Assembly: GCA_964016885.1 (NCBI GenBank)
Contig: OZ024743.1
Coordinates: forward strand, 312,356,001 to 312,420,000
Reading direction: 5' to 3'
Source of the DNA: Eledone cirrhosa
Taxonomy: Eukaryota
Length of the DNA stretch: 64,000 nucleotides
This document shows positions 1-13,686 of the stretch, piece by piece. Each line of letters begins with the position of its first letter. The stretch's first letter is position 1. The notes under the pieces were generated by a model that ran no database searches, was not told where the DNA came from, and was given only the letters and a program-made list of their open reading frames with translations. Made by a program: the position numbers and the translations under genes.

Positions 1-336
1 CAATGCTCACTGACTAACTACCCTAACCGCAACACAGGTATGTGCCAGCAGACACATGTGGTATGCCGGATTGAATGCAGCAAATGTAAAGAGTTCTACA
101 TTGGTAACATGACTCGAGCACTCTACACTCGCATTAAAGGACACCTCAACACAGACGCATCCGCATTCAAAGAACACATTGACAAATGTAGAAATACTAA
201 CAAACATATTACAGTCAATATTGAAGCTAAAGATAGAAATGTGGGCAATTTAAGAATTAAGGAAGCCTTGCTCATACGTAGACTCAACCTGCAAATGAAT
301 AATAGATTAGAACTCAACACGCAATACTTAAGATAA
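1..336 (+). mobile_element. Penelope-like element 3' end, GIY-YIG endonuclease (partial)
   Basis: ORF 40-336 VVCRIECSKCKEFYIGNMTRALYTRIKGH...IKEALLIRRLNLQMN matches the PLE GIY-YIG pattern (Y-x-I-x-C-x2-C-x3-YIG-x-T...R...H...E...N). Confidence 0.8.
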
Positions 337-818
337 AAAGACACACCCACACGTACACAAACTAACCAAGATCTCATACGATAAAAAGAAAAATTGATTT
401 CATGAAATACTCTATAGGCAATTGATGTCATTCTTGTGAATAGCGAAATAACCATTAAAAAATGCTTGAAAACGACTTAAGAGATTTAAATCAAAATTTA
501 ATCCCAAAGAGAAAAAAAACAACATTATTCCCTGAAAGTTCCTTAAACTCTGAAGAAGGGAATTTTAGGTCCCAAAATATTAGGACGAAAGAAACAACTG
601 CAAGAACAAAAAACAAAGATTATCAGGTAACTTACTTTTTCATTACCTCATCTTACAGTTCATTTTGTATTGTTTAGCCTTATATCTCTTTCCACATTAT
701 ATATATATATCTAGGAGTGTAACATGAAGTTACTGTAGGTTCACCCAGGTGAGAACTCAGTGTTTAGGTTCACGTCAGTAGCGAGGTGTAGAGCTAAACA
801 GAGTGTAATATGATTATA

Positions 819-934
819 CAAGGATGATTTGTTAAGCCTTCATCCAGATCGATACAGATCAAACCTTGAGCTGATCAATAGAGAAATGCACATCACCAAC
901 CAATAAGCATGAAGGCTTAACAAATCATCCTTGT
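819..934. mobile_element. MITE with perfect terminal inverted repeats and TA flanks (Tc1/mariner-like)
   Basis: 816-843 is the exact reverse complement of 909-936 (28 bp including flanks); TA|CAAGG...CCTTG|TA. Confidence 0.6.
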
Positions 935-1341
935 ATTATTATTATTATATATATATATATATAAATACACTGTAAAGTGGTTGTGTAGGTGTCATGACAA
1001 AAAGCACCCAGCACACACTGTACATGTGGATAGTATTAGCAATTGGAAAAACCAATTTGATGAACTCAATCCCACTCGTTAAGTGAATGAAGCCTGAGAT
1101 TTTGTCAATCGACTGTTATATATATATATATGTCTAACCCTTGGTAGCAAGAAAAGCAAGCATTAAAACAACAATGATGATATATGTATGTGAGAACCCT
1201 CATGACAATCTCCACTTGGTAGAACATGAGACCATATATAAGTGAGATGACAGATCCTTGGATTGTCTGGGAGACAATATTCATCAGTACAGGCTTGGTC
1301 TTTACAGAGTGAGCTGGATGTTTTATGGTACCAATGTAACA

Positions 1342-1377
<36 letters not shown>

Positions 1378-1406
1378 GTGTATGTGTGTATATATATATA
1401 TATATA

Positions 1407-1960
1407 TGGTGGCTGCCAACTCGTTTTCGAGTATGGCCACTACTTTATATCCATGTAGGAGAACCCCTACCGATGCGCTGAACGAGTGACTTTTTAGTCC
1501 AGCCAGCGACTTGAAAATTCTGGTACAAACACTACACTTGTGACAATTATTGACACATAGTGCTGGGCCCATGGTACCATGTGACAACAAGTGCAGAGAG
1601 ATCTCCAGATATAAAGCAATGCCTGTGCTGTGAAGCTTTTATAGTGAGCAAAGGCACTGCACAAAGCCAGTCCCACTCTCTTAACCAAGATGATATTTAC
1701 CAAAGAGAAGAACAAGTCAACATCATTGGATACCATCAGGGTTGCAGGTGTTATATCAGAGTTTTCCTTCTCCTAGAATTCTGCCTTGACAAAGGCTAAG
1801 GGGTCATCTCTCCCGGTGATTTTGGATGGCCATTGACTCTTAAGAACTCCTTTGCCCTTTGACAGGTTTTGTTTTTCTGCAGGATGTCCAAAGTCACCCT
1901 CCTCACCAAGAAACCTTGGTGGGGTTGCCAGTTTAGTCTCGAACGACCCGACCATGAGAC
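1407..1960 (-). mobile_element. Bipartite non-autonomous RTE derivative (5' UTR joined to 3' end) inside (TA)n
   Basis: Minus strand carries the RTE 5'UTR-type motif CTAGGAGAAGGAAAACTCTG and ends in a C2H2-like tail CSVCTRIFKSLAGLKSH; a near-identical 5' part recurs at 54945-55189. Confidence 0.55.
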
Positions 1961-2040
1961 AGATATATATATATATACACACATACACATATATATATAT
2001 CATGATAATGATATATATATATTTGTGTGTATATACATAT

Positions 2041-3912
2041 CATCATCACCTCCATCTTACGTCCATTTTCCATGCTAGCATGGGTTAGACGGATTGTCCT
2101 GTTGTAGGCAATGCTAGATCAGTTGAGAAAATCTTACTCATACAGGACTGATTCTGGCTTGGTTTCTACAGCTGGATGCCCTTCCTAACGCCAACCTCAT
2201 TTACAGTGAGAATTGGGTGCTTTTTGCTGTGACTCCTACACAACCACTTTACAGTGTGGGCTGAGTGCTTTTTATCGTGTCACCATCACAATCACTTTAC
2301 AGTGTGGGCTAAGGGCTTTACTGGATGCATTTACTTTGGCCTGTCCTCATGGGAGTGTATGGGAGGGTGGGGTGGGGCAAACTGTATATATGCTTCGACT
2401 TGTGCTCGTGGGAATCAGGTCATGTGTCATCATCTCGGAGGGGCGTAATTGGGCAAGGTCAGCTTTTATCACCTCATCCGAAGTCTTCCTGGGTCTCCCT
2501 ACTCCAAGGCTTCCATTGACTTTGAGCGCTCTGTCATCCTTCATACACATCACATGTCCATACCAATGCAATCTCCTCTCCTGCACACAGCATTTGTTTC
2601 CTCTTATGCCTAGTTTCTCTCTCTGTTCATTTATGCTTCGCCATTCTCGTATATTACTATTACACATCCTATCGGAGCATGCAAGCTTCATTTCTTTCCA
2701 ATGTACGCAAGTCTTCTGCACACAGTGCCCAGGTCACACTACCATACAACATAGCTGTTCGTATTCACGTATCATGCAGTCTGCCTTTCATTCTGAGGGA
2801 GAAGCCTTTTGTAGCCAGCAGTGGCAGTAGCTCCCTGAACTTCCTCCATCCTGTTCTTTCAGAATACCCACCATTGCTTCTAATTCAGTCACCTAGATAG
2901 CAGGAGCTGTCTACTGTTTCTACAGAGCCCTCCCGGAATTTGGTAGTGCTTGTTTCCTGCAGTCGTTTGCTACTTACTGTTCCAGTGCAACTTCTACATG
3001 TAAAGCCTACATTCTTAGCTAAACTTCCTGAGATCCCACTACATCTCTTGTGTACCCCTAGTTTGCATATGGGGCAGAGTATGGAGTTTCTACCTATGCC
3101 TTTCCTACATACTGAACAAGGCCATTTCCCCTGAGTCTTTGTCAGGTTGACTTTAAGACCCTTTCTTTCTAGGCCCTGCTTCCATGTTTGGAATTTCTTC
3201 TCTAGTTCCACCATAGATTCAGCTATGAGTGTAAAATCATCCACATACAGAAGTTCCCATGGGCAGCTGGTCTTAAACTCCTCCGTTATAGCCTGCAAAG
3301 CGATAATAAACAGGAGCAGGCTAAGAACAGAGCCCTAGTGGATGCCAACTTGTATGCTAAATTCCTCGCTACATATATAGTCGATTGACTTTCGTCAAAT
3401 CGGACCAAGCAAACAATGTTTCCATTGGTCTTTCCAATTGCTAATACTATCTATCGATTGCACCTCCAGGTAGAAGGAGCAACATGAAACAAAGTGTCTT
3501 GCTCAAGGACATAATGCATCACCCGGTCCGGAAATCGAACTCACAACCTCCCGATTGCAAATCCAATTCTCAAACTACTCAGCCATGCTATAGTCATTGT
3601 TAATCCTGACTTTGCTGACTGCTCCTCTATACATGGCTTGTACAGCTTTCACAAGCCACTCATCTAATGCTAGTTTTCTAAGAGCCCACCAAATTATATT
3701 ACAGGGCACTCTGTTGAAAGCTTTCTCCAGATCCACAAATGCCAGGTAGAGAGGTTTACTTTTAGTTAGGTACTTTTCCTGTAACTGTCTCACAAGGAAG
3801 AGGGCATCAGTGGTGATTTTGCCTGGCACAAATCCAAACTACATCTCATCTAGTTTTACCCTGTCCCTAATAAACTGTGCTATGACTCTTTCTGTTACTT
3901 TCATGAACCATC
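2041..3912 (-). mobile_element. Degenerate 5'-truncated RTE LINE (RT, PHD-like finger, 3' UTR, (GAT)n tail), interrupted at about 3372-3580
   Basis: ORF fragments AFVDLEKAFNRV, ELLYVDD, KWPCSVC, RLHWYGHV; similar to 7060-8786. Confidence 0.9.
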
Positions 3913-3914
3913 CA

Positions 3915-4641
3915 TCATATATATATATAATATATATATAATATAAAAGAAAGATGTGTTTGTGTGAGTGAGTGTGTGTATGTATTTGTGTGAGTGTGTG
4001 TGGGTGTAGTTTTTGTGTGATTCAACCAAACACACTCACACAAATACATACACACACATCTAAAGAGAGAGAGAAACACAGAGGGAGAGGCAGAAAGAGA
4101 GAGATAGGTTGTTATACAGAGAGAGATACAATTAAAGTGTTAGATATTCAGAGAGAGAGAGAGAGAGAGAGAGTGGCGTCCCACAAAAGTATCAGTTGAA
4201 CGTTTAACAATATTGCGTTAGCTTTAATAAAGTCATTTTACAATCTTTGATTTTACAGAACAAAGAAAAATTGATACTATTTGAAATTAATCTACCCTCC
4301 AGCTTTTATTCATATACTACTTACAGACTGTACTAACAAAGCAACACTTCAGAAGCAATGTTATGCAGTATATTGCTGTGTTTCAGATGACGTCCTTTGT
4401 AGCTGAAAAAGATCGTACTGACTATGGTTATTTCACAACATTTAAAATCCAAGGGCAATGCTACCATTTAATCGGCAGTTTACTCCCCCAGCCTAATAAG
4501 GAAGTTTTATGATTGTTTTTGTCTCTCTCTCACACATTACGGTCTCACCTCTTAGCAGACAACACATCCAATACAGCCGTTTTCGCTTTTATTCGTTTTC
4601 TCTTAACTATTCTCCCGAGTGAAGCCGGGTACCTCAGCTAG
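3915..4641 (+). mobile_element. Non-autonomous Helitron
   Basis: 3' hairpin CCCGAGTGAAGCCGGG then CTAG|T at 4638-4642; last 330 bp shared with 51720-52059; 5' end approximate. Confidence 0.65.
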
Positions 4642-5229
4642 TATAATATATATGCAAAAAGTAAACAGAAATAACAAAGCAAACAACTCAGTACATTGAA
4701 GAAATATATTTGCTTAATGCTTAATTTAGTAGGAGAAGTGTCTTTACGTTTCGGACACTAGTCTTTCCTTAGAAGATAGAATGAGAAATAAAAGATGAAA
4801 TAGAGAGTGAGAAAAGAAAAAAAAATTGAGAAAAATGAAATATACAAATATATATATGTATGTAAAAGGTACATATTTATTCACACATACATTTGCAGTA
4901 TACACCATCATCATCATCATCATCATCATGTATACTGGAAATGCATGTGTGAATAAATATGGGCATATTATATATATATATATGACTGTCTCTAACTGTC
5001 TCTACGAAGTCATCTATTCCCTTCGGAATCCTAACATTTCACCATGTCTAATATAGGTACTCGTATCAGTTTATTTTGCCCAAATCTCCTGAGATGCTAT
5101 AGACCATGATGGCTACCTATCTCATAATTTCCCTCCTGCCCACCCCCTCACATCACCATAGCCTATTCGACCAATCAAACCTCAGCATGTCCCCCCCCAT
5201 CCATTACCAACCCCAACAAACTCTGCCGT

Positions 5230-5274
<45 letters not shown>

Positions 5275-5406
5275 CTTTCTCCTCACCCTTCCCAGCCCCA
5301 ACAAACCCTGCCATTATTACCACCACCACTGTTCTTCTAGCCCTGAATTCTCTTACCGTTATGTATGGATGAGCTGAGAATAAATGGAGCAACCCCAAAT
5401 TAATAA

Positions 5407-8400
5407 ATGAAAATGAATATGAATCCGCAAGTTACCAAGCACCCATGCGAAGCTTTAATTCAGAGACAGGAAGCATACACAAACCCCCACAAAAATTTAC
5501 CCTTTCCCACGAATGTTGGCAAATGCCCAAAACTCCGAGTTGGAACTATCAATGTTAGCACAATGAAAGAAAGGGCAAGAGAAATTGTAGAGATGCTAGA
5601 GCAAAAGGAAATTGATGTATGCTGTGTGCAAGAGACTAGATGGAGAGGAGAGTCTGCTAGAGTCCTTGTAGGCAAAAGTCAGTGCTACAAATTTTTCTGG
5701 GTGGGAAATGACGATGGGATGGGTGTTGTAGGTATCCTACTAGCTGACAAATGGGTAGATAAGGTAATCTCAGTGAACAGGGTGAATGCAAGAATCATTA
5801 AACTCAGACTAGTCCTGAATAAAACAATTACCACAATAATATCAGCTTACGCACCCCAATCGGGGTTGCCAGACGAACTTAAAGATAGGTTTTACGAGTC
5901 CCTAATGCACACTACTGCTCTAACAAATGACAATGACTTCCTAATCATCGCAGGAGATTTTAACGGACACGTAGGTAAACACCGTGACGGCTTCTATAGA
6001 GTCCATGGAGGCCACGGGGTTGGCACAATTAATGAAGAAGGCTTCAGGCTTCTAGAATTCTGCGACACCAATGACATATCGATATGTAACACAAACTTCA
6101 AAAAACCTGACAACCATCTGATCACCTATAGATCAGGGGAGCATTCTAGTCAGATAGATTTTATCCTCACCAGAGGATGTGACAGATGGATGGTCGTAAA
6201 CACAAAAGCCTGGCAAAGAAAGATCTGGAAGCTGAAAGACCCCTCAGCCAGTAACAGATTTAAAGATATTTTACTCAATGCTTATGACAGTAAAGAAGAA
6301 CAGATAGAGACATTCAATGTAGAAGTGCACTGGGAGTTCCTAAAAAGTAACTTACTAAAGGTGACGGATGAGATCTGTGGCTGGAGTAAGACCACAGGCA
6401 GGAGGAGAGTGACTTGGTGGTGGAACAATAACATAGATGAGGCAGTTAAGGCCAAGAGACAGGCATGGAAAGAATGGAAGAACAGGGGAAGCAGGGTACA
6501 TTACATAGAGACTAGGAGGGAAGCTAGGCGACAAGTATACTTAGCTAGGAGGGAAGCGGAGGATAGAAAATTCAAGCATGTTTTGCAATGCGAGGACCAG
6601 AAACAGGAGGTGTTCAAGATTGCAAGGCAGTGTGTCAGAGAGAATTGTGATGTCATTGGAGAGAAGTGTATCCGGAATGATAAAGGTGAGCTTGCCCTCA
6701 CAAGTGCTGAGAAGAAAGATGCGTGCAAGAGCCATTATGAAAGGTTACTAAATGAGGAGAATGCATGGGAAGAAGAGACCCTACCCCAAGTAAACCCTAT
6801 AGAGAGGCCAGCAGTACAAGTCAGCAGCAGCGTAGTAAGTAAGGCAATCAAAGATATGAAGACGGGGAAGGCAACCGGTCAATTAGGTATAGCTGCCAAG
6901 ATGCTGAAGGCATCTGGGTTGGTAGGTCACACCATAACCATACGTATTGTTAACCAGGTAATACTAGAAGGTGTTATACCAAAGGATTGGTGCAGCAGCA
7001 TCACTGTCAACTGCTACAAGGTAGCAGATAGAGGAAACTATAGAGGTATAAAGCTGATGGACCAGGTCATGAAAGTAACAGAAAGAGTTATAGCACAGTT
7101 GATTAAGGACCGGGAGAAACTAGATGAGATGCAATTTGGGTTTGTGCCAGGAAGATGCATCACTGAAGCCCTCTTCCTTGTGAGGCAGTTACAGGAAAAG
7201 TACCTAGCTAAAAGTAAGCTGCTCTACCTGGAATCCGTCGATCTTGAGAAAGCCTTTGACAGAGTTCCCCGTGCTATAATCTGGTGGGTTCTTAGAAAAC
7301 TAGGAGTAGATGAAGTGGCTTGTGAAAGCTGTACAAGCCATGTACAGCTGAGCAGTCAGCAAAGTTAGAATTAGGAACAATGACTATAGCAAGGAATTTA
7401 GCATACAGGTCAGTGTCCACCAGGGCTCTGTTCTTAGCAGTCTCATGTTCATAGTTTTGCAGGCAATAACGGAGGAGTTTAAGACCGGATGCCTATGGGA
7501 ACTCCTGTATGCAGATGACCTCGCACTTATAGCTGAATCTATGGTAGAACTAGAGAAGAAATTCCGAACTTGGAAGCAGGGACTAGAAAGAAAAGGTCTC
7601 AAAGTCAACCTGACAAAGACTAAGGTCCTTGTAAGTAGACGAGAAAACAGAACCAAGATACCCTCAGGGAAATGGCCTTGCTCAGTATGTAGGAAAGGTG
7701 TAGGTAGGAACTCCATCCTCTGCCCCAAATGCAAACAATGGGTACACAAGAGATGTAGTGGGATCTCAGGAAGCTTAACTAAGAAGGTAGGCTTCACATG
7801 TAGCAGCTGTGCTGGGACAGCAAGCAGCAAACAGCCACAGGAAACAAGTACCACCAAACTCTGGGAGGGCTCTGTAGAAACAGTAGACAGCTTCTGCTAC
7901 TTAGGTGACCGAATTAGCAGCAGAGGTGTGTGTTCGGAAAGTACAATAACTAGGGTAAGAACGAGATGGAAGAAGTTCAGGGAGTTACTGCCACTGTTAG
8001 CTGCAATAGGCTTTTCCCTCAAAATGAAAGGCAGACTGTATGATGCGTGTATACGAACAGCAATGTTACATGGTAGTGAGACCTGGGCGCTGTCTGTGGA
8101 AGACTTGCATAGATTAGAAAGAAACGAAGCCTGCATGCTCTGATAGATGTGTAATAGTAATATACGCGAACGGCAAAGCATAAACGAATTGAGAGAGAGA
8201 TTGAACATAAGATGAATCAAATGCTGTGTGCAGGAGAGGCGGTTGCGTTGGTATGGACATGTGATGTGTATGAAGGATGACAGCTGTATAAAAAGGTGCA
8301 GAGCACTAGAAGTCGATGGAAACCGCAGAGTGGGGAGACTCAAGAAGACCTGGGATCAGGTGATAAAAGCCAACCTTACCCAATTACACATCTTAAAGGC

Positions 8401-8786
8401 GATGACACACGACCGTGACCTCTGGCGACATGCAGTAATACAGAAGACCCGACCCTCCCACGGGTAGAAGCCGAAGCTGAAGCATATAGACAATATGCCC
8501 CCACACCCTCCCACTGCAAAGTGGTCGTGGAGGTGCCACAGCAAAAAAGCACCTAGCCCACACTGTAAAGTGGATGTGTAGGCGCCACAGAAAAAAGTAC
8601 CCAGCACTCACTGTAAATGAGGTTGGTGTTAGGAAGGGCATCCAGCTGTAGAAATCAAGCCAGAATCAGTTCCTCTATGAGCAAGGCATGGTCAGCCGAC
8701 AGGCTACTGCCCACAACAGGACAACCCGTCTAACCCATGCTAGCGAGGAAGAACGGACTTAAAACGGTGATGATGATGATGATGAT
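5407..8786 (+). mobile_element. Near full-length RTE-clade LINE (APE endonuclease + RT + PHD-like finger), frameshifted
   Basis: ORF 5407-7368 has GTINV, CVQET, SAYAPQ, AGDFNGH, SQIDFIL, NYRGIKL, QFGF, DLEKAFDRV; 7445-8143 has LYADD and FCYLG; 8228-8467 has RLRWYGHV; (GAT)n tail at about 8768-8786. Confidence 0.95.
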
Positions 8787-9061
8787 ATATATATTTGTAT
8801 ATTTCATTTTTTCTCAGGTTAAAAATTTCATAGGCTAACCATGAAGGAGTGATGCTATTGGTGTGAAATATTGCATGCATTAATTTCAACTCTTCTTATT
8901 AATAACTGCCTTGTTTCTTTCCAAGCACTATGCTGAAAATTAAACCTGATTTGGTCATTCCATGAGAATATGTTGGTCAGCCAATGAACTTTTCAGCCGT
9001 GCCTCGTATGTTCATATATGCAACATATATACACACAAAAAAATTTATTAACCAGGATAAC

Positions 9062-9250
9062 CTTTTGTATCAATATAGCAGCCATCATTCTGTCAATTAC
9101 TGGAACTCCTTTGATTTCTGCTCTCTTCTCTCGCTCCTCCTGCAGTCTTATTTCCTTCATAAACTTCGCCCTCAGTTGCCCCTGTCTGGCTCTTTCATTC
9201 ATCTGGATGATACGGACAGCCTCTTCGAATGACAACTGAACCATGTCTTT
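9062..9250 (-). CDS. IQCA1: IQCA1/DRC11 exon (KDMVQLSFEEAVRIIQMNERARQGQLRAKFMKEIR...AAILIQK)
   Basis: CAG acceptor 9253-9251, GT donor 9061-9060, 189 nt, phase 0-0; resembles human EAVKLIQIAERARQGRLRA...AALRIQK; ends at the start of the IQ motif. Confidence 0.9.
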
Positions 9251-9629
9251 CTGTTTCAAAAGACCGCAAAATCAACATCAGCAACAACATCAATAATCTA
9301 TCATACTGTGCCATCTTTTGAAAGCATTCAATTCTAAAGAACAGAACAAATTAAATTGTTAATATAGTAATATCAGAACATTTTGTTACCTTCATTATCA
9401 TTCACTTGAATTAAGAAATATTGGTATCACTCCAGGCACTGCACAAAATTTGGTGGCACTGTACTATAGTTAACTAGCATTAAATGACACTGCATGTTGC
9501 TACATGCATTACTACTTTATATTGCACTTCACAACAGCACTAAACTGCACCACATAACAACAAACTTTTACATAATAACATTACCCTACAATACATTTCT
9601 ACACTGTTACATGACATGGCATTACATTA

Positions 9630-9842
9630 AATACACTGTGTTGCTTAATATCTACACTACCCTACAAGAACTACACTTACACTACACTGTGCTGTTTAGA
9701 GTCTACACTAACCTGCAAGAACTACACTTACAATACATTATGCTGTTTAAAGTCTACACTAACCTAGAAGAATTACACTTACAATACACTGTTCTCTTTA
9801 AAGTCTACACTAACCCACACAAATTGCACTTACACTACACTG
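9630..9842. repeat. 51-bp minisatellite, about 4 copies
   Basis: Unit ACTACACTGTGCTGTTTAGAGTCTACACTAACCTGCAAGAACTACACTT..; 17-aa period visible in ORF 9494-9847. Confidence 0.75.
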
Positions 9843-10419
9843 GATAACACTGCACCACATACGATATACTACACTCAATATAATACTGTTCACTGCTTTA
9901 CATTGTATTACACTTCTACACTACACTGCTTAACACATAGTGCATGGCACTAGATGTGCTGCACAACACCATTCTTCTAATGACATTTTCAGAGGAAGGA
10001 GGGCAGTGCTCATAAGCCATTTTCTGGGTTTTTGTGATTAGTGAGAAGAAGGAAGAAAGATGTCATCAACCTGGAGATCTGGCTCAAATGCTTGCAAGAT
10101 CCACTACAAATATGATCAGGGAATATTCATACACTGTTTGAGCAATGAGACAGAAACACAAAACAAACTCACAACACTTCAAATATGAGCCTCCTTCATC
10201 AATACTATATTTTCAACATCAACAACGTTAATACCAACTGCAACAACATCAAAATCAACATGCACCAAAGATAAGTTCTGCAGGCTTGCTTTATCTGGTA
10301 GGATTTGCATTCAAATCTCCTTCAAATAAAAACTTATTGTCTTAATAAATAGGACAGATTGGATAATGTAGTGCCTAATACACTGTGTGTGAAAAATATG
10401 GCATAGTCAAGACTAGGAC

Positions 10420-10830
10420 CAACTTGATAAGTCATTTTGATCAGGGCTGACCTGAGACTAAACATCATCAAAGACAGTTGATGTTAGAGCAACAGACAAC
10501 TTGATAAGTCTATTTGATCAGGACTGACCTGGGACTAAACATCACCAAAGATAGCTGATTGGCAGTATTGTTAGAGCAACAGACAACTTGATGAGAAGCC
10601 TATTTGATCAGTGCAGAACTGGGATTATGACAGTCTTGTTAGAACATCAGACAAACACTTAATGTTTTTTCTGGCTCTTTACGCTCGGAGTTCAAATCCT
10701 GCCATGGTCAACATCACTTTTCATCCTTCTGAGGTTGATAAAATAAAGTACCAACAAAGTACCTAGGTCAGTATAATTGACTTTTCTTTCTCCACACAAT
10801 TGCTGGCCTTGTGCCAAAATGAGAAACTAA
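10420..10830 (+). mobile_element. Tandem 75-90 bp repeats followed by a SINE with a Meta-domain-like core
   Basis: Three CAACTTGATAAGTC..TTTGATCAG units; core TTTCATCCTTCTGAGGTTGATAAAATAAAGTACC recurs near 16285, 18060-18250 and 54390. Confidence 0.55.
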
Positions 10831-11429
10831 ACATCATCAATAACACCAATTTTAAATGTTACCAATGCAAGTCTAAATACGAAGAAATCATCAATACTAC
10901 CATTTTATATCTATTTTCCTATTATATCTATTGTTGGTATGGTTTGGACAAGTTATAACAGTTCGAGTCAGTTTTTATTCAGTGTTACTGCCCTCCAAGA
11001 TAGGTTGCTAGGTTGTACATTCCAGTTTCCAAAATCCTCCACTTCATCATCATCATTTAATGTCTGTTTTCCCTGCTAGTAAGGGTTGGACTCGTCATCA
11101 GAAACTATGTCATCACTCAAGTGGAGTCATTGACCTCTCAGACAAGCCAGTGCCCTGCATCTCACTTACATTTATCATGGCACCAACACTGTGGATATTG
11201 TCATGTCTTTGAGACAGTTAAAGAGTTTTCCCAATCCTATGTTTGGCAAGATTTCTATGGCTAAATGCCCTTCCTTTCACTAACTACATTATATATGACA
11301 AATGTTTCAAAGAGCCTCTTCATTGTTTATAGATTCCACAATGGTGAAAATAGTGCAGATCAGAGCCACCAGATAAATAAAAGTACTTTGAATAAAATCG
11401 TGTGTAAAGAGTTCTGTCAGGGGACTTAC

Positions 11430-11549
11430 TTTGTCTAAAATTTTGATGCCCAATCTTGTCAAAATTGAATCCAAGAGACCGTCTCATTCCTTTAATATTT
11501 TTTGTCTTTCCAAAATGAAATACTTGGGAATTGGCAGTTCTATGTCATA
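11430..11549 (-). CDS. IQCA1: IQCA1/DRC11 exon with in-frame TGA (YDIELPIPKYFILERQKILKE*DGLLDSILTRLGIKILDK)
   Basis: TTTCAG acceptor, GTAAGT donor, 120 nt, phase 0-0; resembles human LDIPIPKYFLKEK; TGA at 11486-11484. Confidence 0.85.
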
Positions 11550-11802
11550 CTGAAATAAAAATACAATAGATGCCATAGAGTAAGAGACAGTGAAAAGAAT
11601 GTAACTTGTACAATAAGAGAAATAAAAAACTGTACTGTAACAGAGAAAACAAAACATTTTACAAGTTCAGAAGTAGAAGTGATATGACGACAATCCCAGA
11701 ATATAGCAATACCATAAAGCTGGAGCAGCGGCTGAAATGGGAGAATATCAACATTAATGCATGAAAATATTTAGTTCCATCCTTGTGCATTCTGGTGAAG
11801 GA

Positions 11803-12025
11803 ATGTGGCCTAGTGGTTAGAGTGTTCATCTTATGATTGATCATAAGGTCATGGATCCAATGCCCAAACTGGATATAGCATGCTGCGTCCTTGAGCAAGG
11901 CACTTTATTTCACACTGCTCCAGTTCACTCAGTAGAAAAAATAAGTACCAGCAGCAGCTAGGAGTTAGCCTTAAAACGGACCGATGTCCCATCCAAGAGG
12001 AAGTCTTGTATTCTCAGTCACTTAA
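11803..12025 (+). mobile_element. tRNA-derived SINE interrupted by a Helitron
   Basis: A-box TGGCCTAGTGG and B-box-like GGATCCAATGCC; related copy at about 17330-17520. Confidence 0.65.
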
Positions 12026-12884
<859 letters not shown>

Positions 12885-13686
12885 TACTACATAAATTTGA
12901 ATAAGTTCCAGGTAAATGAGCCTCAAGAGTAAAAAAAAGGCAAACTTTTTTACTAACTTCTACATTGTGAGTTCAAATTTCTCTAGATCAACTTTGTCTT
13001 TTATTGTTTGGAGATCAATAAAGTAAGTACTAATTATATATTGGAGTCTATTCATTTAATTGTATATTTGTGCTATAGTACTGATGTAGAAAATCAACAG
13101 CATATAATATATAACCATGGAGTGTAGTTTTGTTTCTCTCACTCTCTCCCTTTTTTTACTCTCAACAGTCCAAATATTATTTATGTATGTGTGTGAGAGA
13201 GAGTGTGTACATGTGTGTATGTGTGTGTGTTTATGATTGTGTGCATTACATGTTTGTATGTAACACTATTATAAGGTTAACTTTGCTCATTTTCTCTTAT
13301 CCAATCCATGACCTCCTCACTCTTATTGAAGGAAGCCCTCCTTGGTTGACCTCCACCACTTTCTGTTTAGTTTTGGTCATGTCAGGTGTATAGCTATACC
13401 CACCACACTTGGCTTTAACCCATAGTAAGGGTGGGTGGCTATTGACTCTGAGGAGTTCATCCATCCTTTTAACAGTTCTTATTTTTTGTGCTGCTGGGGT
13501 TCCACTTACTCCTCACCAGACCAGGTTCTGGTGGGGGAGTTGGTTTAGTCATTGACCATTCAACCATGAAGCAGGTTGTACTAGGTTACGCTGGTTTTTA
13601 GTTCTAATGGTCAGTTATCTCTGTATATCTTGTTTTTACATAAAAATAATTGAGTTGTATCAAATAAAAACAAAACACACTATTAA

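Noticed and set aside
5106-5398. Poly-Leu / poly-Ser ORFs
   Set aside because: Produced by an (ACT)n microsatellite upstream of the LINE ORF.
9630-10660. CRISPR-like arrays
   Set aside because: Tandem units without unique spacers, no cas genes, eukaryotic intron.
11484-11486. Selenocysteine reading of the IQCA1 TGA
   Set aside because: The aligned residue is not Cys, and no 3' UTR or SECIS is in view.
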